From Candidatus Enteromonas sp. (GTDB taxonomy: Bacteria; Bacillota_I; Bacilli_A; RFN20; CAG-826): DNA of 64,000 nt. Made by a program: the position numbers and the translations under genes. The notes below the pieces were generated by a model. That model searched no databases. It was not told the origin of the DNA and worked only from the letters and a program-made list of their open reading frames with translations. The stretch is taken from positions 20,584-84,583 of the forward strand of contig DAVZIW010000001.1 of the NCBI GenBank assembly GCA_052273085.1, written 5' to 3'. Of this stretch, positions 1 to 9,574 are shown one piece after another (the first letter of the stretch is position 1; the number at the start of each line of letters is the position of its first letter).

Positions 1-193
1 GAGCGTTCTTAATAGCAACGGCCAATTGACGTTGATATTTAGCACTAGTTCCAGTTATAGCACGTGGGGTGATTTTGCCATCAGCAGAGATAAATCTTTG
101 AAGCAATTCGACATTCTTGTAGTCGATATGGTCAATCTTATTCTTTTTGAAATAGCAAACCTTACGGCGGGAGCGAATTTTCTTAAAAGCCAT
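1..193 (-). CDS. rpsR: 30S ribosomal protein S18 (partial; C-terminus runs off window start)
   Basis: Reverse-complement translation from the ATG at 193-191 gives [64 protein letters not shown], a typical S18. It lies downstream of ssb in the conserved rpsF-ssb-rpsR operon. It is not in the ORF track because it is partial. Confidence 0.85.
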   Translation of the reverse strand, partial: MAFKKIRSRRKVCYFKKNKIDHIDYKNVELLQRFISADGKITPRAITGTSAKYQRQLAVAIKNA

Positions 194-212
194 AATTAAT
201 CCTTTCTAGAAA

Positions 213-668
213 TTAAAACGGAAGATCATCATCGATGATATCGATGGAATCTGTGTCTTTGCTTTCTTGTGGTTGAGCTGTAGAGGCTGGAGCCATATCG
301 GTATTAGGGTCTGAATAGTAACCAGAATCATTAGCACCATTGCTAGATTTTGGTTCCATGAATTCAATATTTGTAGCTATAACTTCGGTTGAAGTAACCT
401 CTACATTGTCGCTGCGTCTAGTGTATTTACGTTGTGTTAATCTTCCGATAACTCCAACTAAATTACCTTTTCTAGTGAATTTTACGACGGTGTCAGCACT
501 CTTTCCAAAGATGGAAACAGGCATAAAGACTGTAACTTTTTCTCCGTTAGGTCCTTTTCTAGAATCATCAACAGCAATAGTGAAGGAAGCCACGCTAAGT
601 CCAGAAGTAGTCCTGCGAAGTTCAGGGTCACGAGTCAAGCGACCAACTAATACGACATTGTTAACCAT
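213..668 (-). CDS. ssb: single-stranded DNA-binding protein
   Basis: 151 aa with an OB-fold N-terminal region, a Gly/Ser/Asn-rich linker and the acidic C-terminal tail DDDLPF that is the SSB hallmark. Confidence 0.92.
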   Translation of the reverse strand: MVNNVVLVGRLTRDPELRRTTSGLSVASFTIAVDDSRKGPNGEKVTVFMPVSIFGKSADTVVKFTRKGNLVGVIGRLTQRKYTRRSDNVEVTSTEVIATNIEFMEPKSSNGANDSGYYSDPNTDMAPASTAQPQESKDTDSIDIIDDDLPF

Positions 669-692
669 TTAAAGTCCTCCTAAGCGATTTGG

Positions 693-980
693 TTATTCCT
701 TATCGACTGTGATAAGGAAACGGATGACTTGATTATCAAGTCTTGCTAAACGATCAAATTCCTTTAAGCCTTCGGAATTAGCAGCAACTTTAATTACTAC
801 ATAATAACCTTTGGTTTGCTTTTTGATCGGATAGGCAAAATCACGAAGTCCCCATTCTTTGACATCGGTAACATTAGCTTTGCTAGCAGCTAGGATGCCA
901 TGGAGCTTTTCGATTTCAGCCTTTCTAGCAGCATCGTCTAGATTTGCAGAAAGGATGTACATGATTTCATACTTTTCCAT
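693..980 (-). CDS. rpsF: 30S ribosomal protein S6
   Basis: 95 aa (MEKYEIMYIL...) with typical S6 length and sequence, first gene of the rpsF-ssb-rpsR operon. Confidence 0.9.
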   Translation of the reverse strand: MEKYEIMYILSANLDDAARKAEIEKLHGILAASKANVTDVKEWGLRDFAYPIKKQTKGYYVVIKVAANSEGLKEFDRLARLDNQVIRFLITVDKE

Positions 981-1075
981 TGATTAAGCACCTCCTAATT
1001 TCGGTCTTCGGGTCACCTTAGTTGGGTCTATGTGACCATAGAAGTATGTGCGCCAAGTTTCCTTCAAACAAGGCT
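981..1075 (-). promoter_or_regulatory. structured ~100-nt 5' UTR of rpsF (candidate S6:S18 autoregulatory leader)
   Basis: The leader contains GGUCAC...GUGACC complementary segments and a GGAGG Shine-Dalgarno. It sits between the predicted sigma-A promoter and the rpsF ATG. Firmicute rpsF operons are known to carry an S6:S18-binding leader. Confidence 0.35.
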
Positions 1076-1080
1076 TTAGT

Positions 1081-1109
1081 ATTATATAGAAGAAGGGATT
1101 GATTTTCAA
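1081..1109 (-). promoter_or_regulatory. sigma-A type promoter for rpsF-ssb-rpsR
   Basis: On the minus strand, TTGAAA (1109-1104), a 17-nt spacer and TATAAT (1086-1081). Confidence 0.5.
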
Positions 1110-1180
1110 TCAATGAAAAACATTCATCCATTAAGGCAATTATGGCCTCACTATATAAGTAGGCGGTTAGCAACAAAAAA

Positions 1181-1208
1181 GGCTACAAACTTTTTTCTTT
1201 TTGTAGCC
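1181..1208 (-). terminator. intrinsic terminator downstream of lysS (hairpin usable from either strand)
   Basis: GGCTACAAA (1181-1189), an 11-nt loop and TTTGTAGCC (1200-1208). On the minus strand the hairpin is followed by TTTTTTGTTG. Confidence 0.6.
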
Positions 1209-1219
1209 AATTAATTGAA

Positions 1220-2704
1220 TTATTTTTCGTCTTTCATGGTTGGGAACAGCAATACTTCCCTGATATTTTGTGTGTTGGTGAATAACATACAAAGTCTATC
1301 GATGCCGACTCCGATACCGCCTGCTGGAGGCATGCCGTATTTAAGGGCATCCATGAATGAATAATCGATATCGTTTGCTTCTTCATCCCCCCTATTCTTG
1401 GCTTCTAATTGAGCCTTGAATCTTTCCAATTGATCAAATGGGTTATTTAATTCGGTATAGGCGTTCCCGAATTCAAATCCGCCAACAAAGAATTCAAATC
1501 TATCAACAAAGCGTGGATCTTCGTTCTTTTTTGTAAGTGGAGATACTTCGATTGGATAGGTATGGATGAATGTAGGTTGAATTAAAGTCTTCTCTACAAA
1601 TTCATCAAAGAAAGCTTGGATGATGTAACCGACTGAGTTCCAGCTCTTTTCAAGAGGTACATTATGTTCCTTTGCTAAAGCCACTGCTTCTTCAAAACTC
1701 ATTTGCTTGGTGAAGTCGATTCCGGTTTTTTCTTTAATGGCTTCAGTCATAGAAATCCACTTGAACGGTTTAGAGAAATCGATTTGGATATCACCCCAAG
1801 TGACAATGTCGCTTTTGGCAATCTTTTCGGCTAAGTCTTTGAATAATCCTTCGACCCAATTTCTCATATCGGATAGATCACCATAGGCTTGGTAAAGTTC
1901 GATTGTGGTGAATTCAGGATTATGACGTGTATCAATTCCTTCATTACGGAAAATACGTCCAATTTCATAAACTCTATCAATACCGCCAATCATGGCTTTC
2001 TTTAGATTAAGTTCAGTCGCGATACGTAAATAGAAATCCTTATCCAAAGCATTATGGTGGGTAATAAATGGTCTAGCAGAAGCTCCTCCAGCAATAGAAG
2101 AAAGAACCGGGGTTTCGACTTCTACAAATCCTAAATCGTCGCAAAATCTTCTTATTTCTTTAACAATCGCAGGTCTAAGAATTGCAACGCGTCTAGAATC
2201 ATCGTTTACAATCATGTCTAGGTAACGTTTCCTGAAACGGTCTTCTGTATCGGTTAAGCCGTGGAACTTTTCTGGCAATGGTTTTAAGCATTTGCAGATG
2301 TGGGTATATTTTTCAACCTTAATAGTCAACTCACCGGTTCTAGATTTCATCAAGATGCCTTTGACCCCGACAATATCACCAAGATCAGCAAGCTTAAAGA
2401 CAGCATAATCATGTTCGCCGATTATATTGATGCCAATCCAAAGTTGAATATTTCCGTATTCGTCTTTGATATTGGCAAAGCTGGCTTTCCCCATTCTACG
2501 GATAGCCATTAACCTACCAGCAACATCAACTTCGATATTCTTTTCAGTTAATTCTTCGGCACTTAATTCGCCATATTTGGCCCTGATGTCTCTAATTTGG
2601 TCTTTCCATTCATATCTAGTTCCGAATGGGTCAACACCTAATTCTTCATATTTTGGTAATTTATCAAGACGTACTTGTTCTTGATCGTTTAGCTTTTCTT
2701 CCAT
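1220..2704 (-). CDS. lysS: lysine--tRNA ligase (class II)
   Basis: 494 aa with a full-length LysRS-like sequence (anticodon-binding OB N-domain plus class II catalytic core). GAGG Shine-Dalgarno upstream. Confidence 0.93.
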   Translation of the reverse strand: MEEKLNDQEQVRLDKLPKYEELGVDPFGTRYEWKDQIRDIRAKYGELSAEELTEKNIEVDVAGRLMAIRRMGKASFANIKDEYGNIQLWIGINIIGEHDYAVFKLADLGDIVGVKGILMKSRTGELTIKVEKYTHICKCLKPLPEKFHGLTDTEDRFRKRYLDMIVNDDSRRVAILRPAIVKEIRRFCDDLGFVEVETPVLSSIAGGASARPFITHHNALDKDFYLRIATELNLKKAMIGGIDRVYEIGRIFRNEGIDTRHNPEFTTIELYQAYGDLSDMRNWVEGLFKDLAEKIAKSDIVTWGDIQIDFSKPFKWISMTEAIKEKTGIDFTKQMSFEEAVALAKEHNVPLEKSWNSVGYIIQAFFDEFVEKTLIQPTFIHTYPIEVSPLTKKNEDPRFVDRFEFFVGGFEFGNAYTELNNPFDQLERFKAQLEAKNRGDEEANDIDYSFMDALKYGMPPAGGIGVGIDRLCMLFTNTQNIREVLLFPTMKDEK

Positions 2705-2816
2705 ATAAAAACCTCAAAACTATTGCCTTAGTAGTTTACTCTAAATTGAATGCATTTTGAATTAACTTATAAGTTAAAGTAAATATAATTTAAAAATAAG
2801 CGACCCGTGTAACGAT

Positions 2817-4064
2817 TTAGAATTCTAGATCCATGACATTTTTCCATCTAGAAACGATTTCTTTGACCTTTTCCTTGTATGGAACTACATCAAATTCTTC
2901 ATCCTTTTCTTTTAGAATCGAATCGATAAGTCTAGCAATTCCAATCGCATCAGCTTTACTACACCCTCTAGTTGTTGCAGCGGCAAAGCCTAATCGAAGC
3001 CCGCTAGTTAATCCTGGAGTCAAGGTATCATTATGAATCATGTTCTTATTAGCAGTTATCCCAACTCTTTCTAATCTAGTTTGGGCAACCTTGCCATTAA
3101 TCCCATAAGAAGAAAGAACATTTAGCAAGAACAAATGGTTATCAGTACCAGAAACTTTCGCACCCAAAGAAGCGAGTTCATCATTACATGCTTTCGTGTT
3201 TTCTAATACACGGGTCATGTATTCTTTGAATTCTGGCTTTAAGTCTTCTCCAAAGCAAATTGCCTTGGCAGCGATTACATGTTCAAGCGGTCCGCCTTGA
3301 GTATAAGGGAAAACAGAAGAATCGATTTTCTTGGCTAAATCTAATCTATTAGAAAGAATAATTCCACCCCTAGGACCTCTTAATGTCTTATGGGTAGTAG
3401 ATGTAACGATGTCGCAGTAATCAACTGGGTTCTGGGTCAATTTAGCAGCGATTATTCCGGCAATATGAGCCATATCGACCATAAACAATGTCTTCGTTTC
3501 AGAATGAGAATTATGTTCATCGATAATCTCTCTCATCTTCTTAAAATCGATATCAAAAGGATAAGCACTATAACCTGCTAAAAATAAAGCAGGGTTTTCT
3601 TCATCTATTCTCTTTTTGATTATTTCATAGTCAAGATGAGCGCCTTCTCCAAGAGGATAAAAAACAAAATTATAAGTATGGGCAGAGAAAGAAACATTAG
3701 ACCCATGTGTTAAATGTCCCCCATCATTTAAGGTCAAGGAGAGTATTTTGTCTCCTGGATTTAGCAAGGCATGATAGGCTGCGAAATTAGCCTGCGAACC
3801 AGAATGAGGTTGAACATTAACATATTGGGCATTAAATAATTTCTTTAGCCTTTCCCTTGCAATATTTTCCACCGCATCAACATTTTCACATCCACCATAA
3901 TATCTATGCCCTGGATATCCTTCTGCATATTTAGCAGTAAATATTGAAGCCTGTGCTTCTCTAACCGATTTAGAAGGATAGTTCTCACTAGCAATAAGTT
4001 CTATTCCTTCGTTTTGTCTATTTTCTTCTTTAAGAAAAAACTGTTCTATTTCTTTATCTACCAT
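2817..4064 (-). CDS. glyA: serine hydroxymethyltransferase
   Basis: 415 aa containing ENYPSKSVREAQASIFTAKYAEGYPGHRYYGGCE and a PLP-lysine region THKTLRGPRGG, diagnostic of SHMT. GAGGA Shine-Dalgarno. Confidence 0.95.
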   Translation of the reverse strand: MVDKEIEQFFLKEENRQNEGIELIASENYPSKSVREAQASIFTAKYAEGYPGHRYYGGCENVDAVENIARERLKKLFNAQYVNVQPHSGSQANFAAYHALLNPGDKILSLTLNDGGHLTHGSNVSFSAHTYNFVFYPLGEGAHLDYEIIKKRIDEENPALFLAGYSAYPFDIDFKKMREIIDEHNSHSETKTLFMVDMAHIAGIIAAKLTQNPVDYCDIVTSTTHKTLRGPRGGIILSNRLDLAKKIDSSVFPYTQGGPLEHVIAAKAICFGEDLKPEFKEYMTRVLENTKACNDELASLGAKVSGTDNHLFLLNVLSSYGINGKVAQTRLERVGITANKNMIHNDTLTPGLTSGLRLGFAAATTRGCSKADAIGIARLIDSILKEKDEEFDVVPYKEKVKEIVSRWKNVMDLEF

Positions 4065-4115
4065 AATTGTTCCTCAAAGTTAGTATAAAGTCCAAACATT
4101 TATAGGCAATATAAA

Positions 4116-4135
4116 AGCGCCCTTTTTAGGACGCT
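4116..4135 (-). terminator. intrinsic terminator after the ABC exporter pair
   Basis: The minus strand reads AGCGTCCT-AAAA-AGGGCGCT followed by TTTTATATT, located just 3' of the stop at 4140. Confidence 0.5.
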
Positions 4136-4139
4136 AATA

Positions 4140-6056
4140 TTAGGCATTTGCTTCTTTGGCTTTTGAGCCAGTATAGAGTTGATAATATTTGCCTTTTTGT
4201 TTTAATAGGTCTTCATGATTACCTCTTTCGATTATCCTACCATTTTCCAAAACCATGATGACATCGCTATTTTGGATGGTAGATAGACGGTGAGCGATAA
4301 CGAATACCGTTCTCCCTTTCATAATGGCATCCATACCGTTTTGGACTAATTTTTCAGTATGGGAGTCAATTGAAGAAGTTGCTTCATCTAGAATAAGTAC
4401 TGGAGGATTAGCGCAAGCAGCCCTAGCAATAGAGAGTAGTTGCCTTTGCCCTTGGGATAACCCCACCCCTGCTCCATGTAAGATGGTGTCATAACCTTCT
4501 GGTAACATCATTATGAAGTTATGGGCGTTAGCTAATTTAGCAGCCTTTATAACTTCTTCATCGCTAGCGGAAGGATTGCCATATCTAATATTATCTTTAA
4601 CGCTTCCGGTGAATAAGTTGGTTTCTTGAAGAACCATACCCATGGCACGTCTAAGGTCTTTCTTTTTAATCTTATTAATATTGATCCCGTCAAATCTAAT
4701 CTTGCCGTCTTCAATATCATAGAATCTATTCAAGAGGTTGGTGATTGTGGTCTTTCCTGCTCCAGTTGGACCAACGAACGCTACTTTTTGACCTGGTTTA
4801 GCATATAAGGTTACGTCATGAAGAACCGTTTTGCCTTTAACATAAGCAAAGTCTACATCCGACATGGTTATATCGCCTTTTAACCAAGTATATGTTGTTG
4901 GAGAACCATCTGTATGAGGATGTTCCCAAGCCCACATATTTGTTTTTTCTTCGCATGGGGTTGGATTGCCATTTTCGTCTTTTTTAGCATTGACTAGCAT
5001 TACATATCCATCATCGACTTCACTAGGTTCATCAATTAATGCAAATATACGTTCTGCTCCTGCTAAAGCCATGATAGCTAAATTGATTTGGTTAGCAACT
5101 TGGCCAATTGGAAGAGTAAATGATTTACCTAAAGTTAAGAAAGAAATGATTAATCCAGCCTTTATAGGCATAACTCCATATCCCATTAATAAACCGCCAA
5201 CCAAAGCAATGACACAGTATTGCAAATGGGCTAAGTTAACAGTTATAGGACCAAGGATATTAGAGAATTGTTGAGCCTTTGTTGTATATCCACATAAGGC
5301 ATCATTTAATTTATCAAAACCTTCTTCGGATTCTTTTTCGTGGGTGAATACTTTAATGACTTTTTGTCCAGAAATCATTTCTTCGATATATCCATTTGTA
5401 GCACCTAGGCTTCTTTGTTGAGAAATAAAGAAGGTAGATGATTTATGAGAGAAAATCGCGATGCAGGTAATGATAATTACAAAGAAGAACAATACAATTA
5501 AGGTTAGATAAATATTTAGAACTATCATTGCTACTAAAGCAGCAACCATAGTAACAATAGAAGAAACGACCATTGGGAGAACTCTTGATATGAATTCTCT
5601 TAATGTATCAATATCGTTTGTATAAACCGACATGATATCCCCGTGTGTCCTTGTATCAAAATAAGACAAAGGAAGAGTTTCCATATGGGAAAATAGTTCA
5701 TCCCTTATCTCTTTTTGAGTTCCCTGACCAATTTGGGAAACCACTATTTGATATACATAAGTAGATATAATTCCTATTACGTAAATTCCAACCATAATAA
5801 TTATTACGGTTTCTAGACTCATTGGTATTCCATATAAATATGTAGGTTGATTTGAAAGCATTGGGGTAATGAAATCATCGATAAGGATACTTCCAATAAA
5901 AGCAGAACCAATAACCCCTGCTGCACCTGAAATTAAAATAGTTACACAAGCCAAAATAAGAAGGACGGGTGAGAATTTAAACATTCTTTTTATGATTGAA
6001 CCAAAAAGAACAGCAGATTTCTTGAATCCAATCTTTTTTACATTATTATTGCTCAT
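4140..6056 (-). CDS. ABC transporter, fused permease/ATP-binding subunit (type I exporter half-transporter)
   Basis: N-terminal 6-TM exporter domain followed by an NBD with Walker A GPTGAGKTT, signature LSQGQRQ and Walker B ILDEAT. The ORF-track start at 6086 is over-extended. The ATG at 6056 has the GGAGGTG Shine-Dalgarno 6 nt upstream and overlaps the upstream gene by only 11 nt. Confidence 0.88.
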   Translation of the reverse strand: MSNNNVKKIGFKKSAVLFGSIIKRMFKFSPVLLILACVTILISGAAGVIGSAFIGSILIDDFITPMLSNQPTYLYGIPMSLETVIIIMVGIYVIGIISTYVYQIVVSQIGQGTQKEIRDELFSHMETLPLSYFDTRTHGDIMSVYTNDIDTLREFISRVLPMVVSSIVTMVAALVAMIVLNIYLTLIVLFFFVIIITCIAIFSHKSSTFFISQQRSLGATNGYIEEMISGQKVIKVFTHEKESEEGFDKLNDALCGYTTKAQQFSNILGPITVNLAHLQYCVIALVGGLLMGYGVMPIKAGLIISFLTLGKSFTLPIGQVANQINLAIMALAGAERIFALIDEPSEVDDGYVMLVNAKKDENGNPTPCEEKTNMWAWEHPHTDGSPTTYTWLKGDITMSDVDFAYVKGKTVLHDVTLYAKPGQKVAFVGPTGAGKTTITNLLNRFYDIEDGKIRFDGININKIKKKDLRRAMGMVLQETNLFTGSVKDNIRYGNPSASDEEVIKAAKLANAHNFIMMLPEGYDTILHGAGVGLSQGQRQLLSIARAACANPPVLILDEATSSIDSHTEKLVQNGMDAIMKGRTVFVIAHRLSTIQNSDVIMVLENGRIIERGNHEDLLKQKGKYYQLYTGSKAKEANA

Positions 6057-7896
6057 CGAAATCACCTCCACCCATTTGGGTTTCATACATTTCCTTATAT
6101 ATAGAAGAACTCTTCATTAATTCATCATTATTGCCTTGGGCAACAATTTTCCCATCGTCCATGATTAGGATTATGTCGCAGTCTTTTATAGACAAAACCC
6201 TCTGGGCAATGATGAATTTGGTAACATTAGGGATTTCTTCCTTAAATGCTTTCCTAATAAGAGAATCAGTATGTGTATCAACTGCAGAAGTTGAATCATC
6301 TAGAATCAATATCTTTGGGGATTTTAACAAGGCACGCGCAATGCAAAGTCTTTGCCTTTGGCCGCCTGATACATTAGTACCCCCTTCATCTATAGGGCTA
6401 TCGTATTTTTGAGGGAATGATTCGATAAATTCATCGGCACAAGCTAGATGCGCAGCTTTCTTTATTTGTTCATCACTTGCATTTGGATTTCCCCATAATA
6501 AATTAGATTTTATGGTTCCAGTAAATAAAACATTCTTTTGAAGGACAACCGCTACATTATCTCTAAGTGTCTTCAAATCATAATCTTTAACATCAACTCC
6601 ACCGATTTTAACAGATCCAGAACTGACATCATATAACCTAGCCATCATGGATACTAATGTGGATTTAGATGAACCAGTCGCCCCTATAATTCCAACAGTA
6701 GAACCGCTAGGAATATTTAAATTGATGTGATCAAGGACGTTTTTCTCTCCTGAAGCACTGTAACGGAAGCAAACATCATCATAGACAACGCTTCCATCCT
6801 TTACTTCTCTTACTGCATTTTCAGGAGAAGCGATGCTCGGCTTTTCATCTATTACTTCTGAAATTCTTTCCGCAGAGTTTCTAGCAATAATTACCATGAC
6901 AAAGCACATGGAAACAAACATTAAGGAATTAAGTATTTGGTACGTATAAGTTATTAATGATGTCAAAGAACCTGTATTAAATCCAGTTGGAGAATTACCT
7001 GAAGCAAGAATCATCTTAGCCCCAAAATAAGAGATAAGAATCATGCTGGCATAAACAGCAAAATTCATCATCGGAGAATTGAAAGCCAATATTCTTTCAG
7101 CATGTAAGAAGGTCTTGTAAATGAAATAGGAAACACGGCCAAATTTCACTTGTTCAAAGTCTTCCCTGCCAAAGGATTTTACAACCCTGATACCTGCTAA
7201 ATTCTCTTGAACAGAAGAATTTAAATCATCATATGCATTAAATACTCTAACAAAAGTTGGATGGACTTTTGCGGCAATAAAGAACAAGACAAATCCAAGC
7301 AAAGGTATTATTGCAAGGAAAATCAAACCAAGTTGCCAAGATGTGACACATGCCATAATAAAAGCAAAAACTAGCATTATAGGAGACCTAACTATTACTC
7401 TTAAAATAGCCTGCAAAGAATTTTGGACGTTAGTAACATCAGTAGTTAATCTTGTAATTAAGGATGAGGTAGAAAATTTATCAATATTCGAGAAGGAATA
7501 ATCTTGGATATGATAATACATTTCTTTTCTTAGATTCCTACCAAAATTACTTGATGCAATAGAGGCAAAGAAGCCTGCCATGACTCCGCCAAAGCAGCTA
7601 ACTAAAGCCATGGCGATCATCCCTAGGCAAATATAAACTAGTTCAGGCACTTGCTCAGAACCCATAGACCCGACCTGAGGATCAATAATATTAATTACTT
7701 TAGCAGCAAAGAAAGGAATAAGGACTTCCCCAACAACTTCAACCGTGACGAAGACCCAAGCCAAAACACAATATTTCCAAGAGCCTTTCATGTATTTGAC
7801 CAATGATTTCAATATATGGGACTTCTTATATCTTTGAATAGTTTCTTCGTCTTTTTTCTTCTTTTCTTCGATAAGTCTATCTAAACTATCTTCCAT
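6046..7896 (-). CDS. ABC transporter, fused permease/ATP-binding subunit (heterodimer partner)
   Basis: 616 aa with Walker A GATGSSKST, signature VSGGQRQRLCIARALL and Walker B ILILDDSTSAVD. GAGGAGG Shine-Dalgarno. Partner of the adjacent half-transporter. Confidence 0.9.
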   Translation of the reverse strand: MEDSLDRLIEEKKKKDEETIQRYKKSHILKSLVKYMKGSWKYCVLAWVFVTVEVVGEVLIPFFAAKVINIIDPQVGSMGSEQVPELVYICLGMIAMALVSCFGGVMAGFFASIASSNFGRNLRKEMYYHIQDYSFSNIDKFSTSSLITRLTTDVTNVQNSLQAILRVIVRSPIMLVFAFIMACVTSWQLGLIFLAIIPLLGFVLFFIAAKVHPTFVRVFNAYDDLNSSVQENLAGIRVVKSFGREDFEQVKFGRVSYFIYKTFLHAERILAFNSPMMNFAVYASMILISYFGAKMILASGNSPTGFNTGSLTSLITYTYQILNSLMFVSMCFVMVIIARNSAERISEVIDEKPSIASPENAVREVKDGSVVYDDVCFRYSASGEKNVLDHINLNIPSGSTVGIIGATGSSKSTLVSMMARLYDVSSGSVKIGGVDVKDYDLKTLRDNVAVVLQKNVLFTGTIKSNLLWGNPNASDEQIKKAAHLACADEFIESFPQKYDSPIDEGGTNVSGGQRQRLCIARALLKSPKILILDDSTSAVDTHTDSLIRKAFKEEIPNVTKFIIAQRVLSIKDCDIILIMDDGKIVAQGNNDELMKSSSIYKEMYETQMGGGDFDEQ

Positions 7897-8353
7897 TTTT
7901 GTTTTCCTCCTCTAATTTAATTAATAATTTCTCACCTATACGCAGGAACTCATTTTTCTCCTCTTCTTCTAACATCGAAGAAAGTTCCTTTTCGAATTTA
8001 TCCAATACCTTTTTAGTAGATTGGTAATATTGCATCCCCTTATCAGTTGGATAGAGTTTCTTGATGCGTTTATCATCCTTATCAATAGATGAAGAGATGA
8101 ATCCATCGTTTTCTAGAATCGTTAATATTTCAGAAACCGTAGATTTCTTTAACATTAATCCATCCATGATTGAATTGCTCTTGCACCCTGGGTGCCTACA
8201 TATAAAGGCAAGTGACCGTCCTTGCTGAGGACCTATATCAATAGGAAATAGAGGAAGATATGCTATTTCAAACCTTCTATCTAGCATCCTATTCAATCGA
8301 CCTACCATAGGTCTTAATTTCGAGATTTTTCTTTCCATAATATTGTTCGACAA
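7886..8353 (-). CDS. MarR family transcriptional regulator
   Basis: A winged-HTH MarR-like core (LSKLRPMVGRLNRMLDRRFE...GRSLAFICRHPG...KLYPTDKG) heads the marR/ABC/ABC operon. The track start is a TTG at 8353. An in-frame ATG at 8338 (MERKISKL) is an equally plausible start. Confidence 0.8.
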   Translation of the reverse strand: MSNNIMERKISKLRPMVGRLNRMLDRRFEIAYLPLFPIDIGPQQGRSLAFICRHPGCKSNSIMDGLMLKKSTVSEILTILENDGFISSSIDKDDKRIKKLYPTDKGMQYYQSTKKVLDKFEKELSSMLEEEEKNEFLRIGEKLLIKLEEENKNGR

Positions 8354-8358
8354 CGAAC
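8345..8358. promoter_or_regulatory. perfect 14-bp palindrome GTTCG-ACAA-CGAAC at the marR start (candidate MarR operator)
   Basis: Exact inverted repeat read directly from the sequence, positioned over the marR translation start and putative transcription start. MarR proteins typically autoregulate through such palindromes. Confidence 0.4.
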
Positions 8359-8429
8359 TATTTAACTCTTATTTATAAAAACAACAAGGGGCAACTTAAT
8401 TAAAACCGCTTTCAAATAAAGATATTCAT

Positions 8430-9419
8430 TTAATTTAAGGATTCTTCTAGCTTTACTCTTTCTTCTAAGCCACGAAATATCTTTTCTAACGAATCAATAG
8501 AATCTAACGATGTCGCTAGTTGCGTCCTGACTCTTTTATATCCAGGGAAAGAGGAGAAGAAATGAGGCAATAGGCCACGTAGTTCTCTTGCTCCAATATA
8601 TTCACCTTTTTCTTTGATTAAGGCGTAGGCAAATTCTTTTGCATATTCGATTTGTTTAGCCTTGCCAGGAGAAGAAAGAAGGACCCCATTAGTTAAATAT
8701 TCATTAATTTGGGTTATTAAATATGGATGTCCTAAACCACCTCTAGCAACCATAACAAAATCAGCATGGGTTATATCTAATGCGTTTTTAGCATCCATCG
8801 GAGTAAATATATCTCCAGATACAGCATAAGGGATCTTGATATGTTTCTTCATATCCTGGATTTCTTCATATCTAGCTTTTCCTGAATAAAATTGGGCACG
8901 CGTCCTGCAATGGATTGAAATAAGAGCGACCCCCGCTCTTTCTAAGGCTTCCGCAACTTCATAAACGTTAATAGAATCTTCATCCCAACCTAATCTAATT
9001 TTTGCAGTAACTGGTTTAGAAGAAACTTTAACTATTTCCCTTACATAATTTTCTAGTCCAGGAACATCTTTAAGCCACTTAGAACCAGCACCTGTCTTAA
9101 CAACTTTTTCTACAGGACAGCCAAAATTCAAATCAAGGAAATCATAAGTAGCAACTTCTTCTATTTTCTTAATTGCAGGAATCGTGTTTTCTAATGAGAA
9201 ACCAAATAGTTGAATAGCATACGGGGTATCTATTTTCGAACTTTTTAGATAATCCAAAGTCTTTTCATTACCATATCTAATCCCACAATCAGAAACCATT
9301 TCGGAAAAAGAAAGACCAACCCCAAAAGGCTTCATAAATTCCCTATATGCAAGAGTTGTTACACCTGCCATTGGGCCAAGCAATATTTTGTTAGATATTT
9401 CTATTCCGGCGACCTTCAT
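8430..9419 (-). CDS. dusB: tRNA-dihydrouridine synthase
   Basis: 329 aa TIM-barrel Dus protein with LGPMAGVT...NFGCP...HCRTR motifs. Confidence 0.9.
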   Translation of the reverse strand: MKVAGIEISNKILLGPMAGVTTLAYREFMKPFGVGLSFSEMVSDCGIRYGNEKTLDYLKSSKIDTPYAIQLFGFSLENTIPAIKKIEEVATYDFLDLNFGCPVEKVVKTGAGSKWLKDVPGLENYVREIVKVSSKPVTAKIRLGWDEDSINVYEVAEALERAGVALISIHCRTRAQFYSGKARYEEIQDMKKHIKIPYAVSGDIFTPMDAKNALDITHADFVMVARGGLGHPYLITQINEYLTNGVLLSSPGKAKQIEYAKEFAYALIKEKGEYIGARELRGLLPHFFSSFPGYKRVRTQLATSLDSIDSLEKIFRGLEERVKLEESLN

Positions 9420-9520
9420 AAGATAGAGTTATATAGAAAAGAAATTATAAAGGCAATTAAAATATTGCTAAACAAAGTGCCAATAATGTCGATTTTTCTT
9501 TAATTACATTAAAATTAGTC

Positions 9521-9549
9521 TTGCACAAAATTTCTCTTGGCTCTATATA
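9521..9549 (+). promoter_or_regulatory. sigma-A type promoter for the second ABC exporter pair
   Basis: TTGCAC (9521-9526), a 17-nt spacer and TATATA (9544-9549). The AAAGGAGG Shine-Dalgarno lies 6 nt before the ATG at 9575. Confidence 0.5.
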
Positions 9550-9574
9550 TCATACGTTTTAAAGGAGGCAAGCC

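Noticed and set aside
340-672. 110-aa plus-strand ORF antisense to ssb
   Set aside because: It is fully nested antisense within the well-supported ssb gene, has no Shine-Dalgarno and a low-complexity translation. This is a typical shadow ORF.
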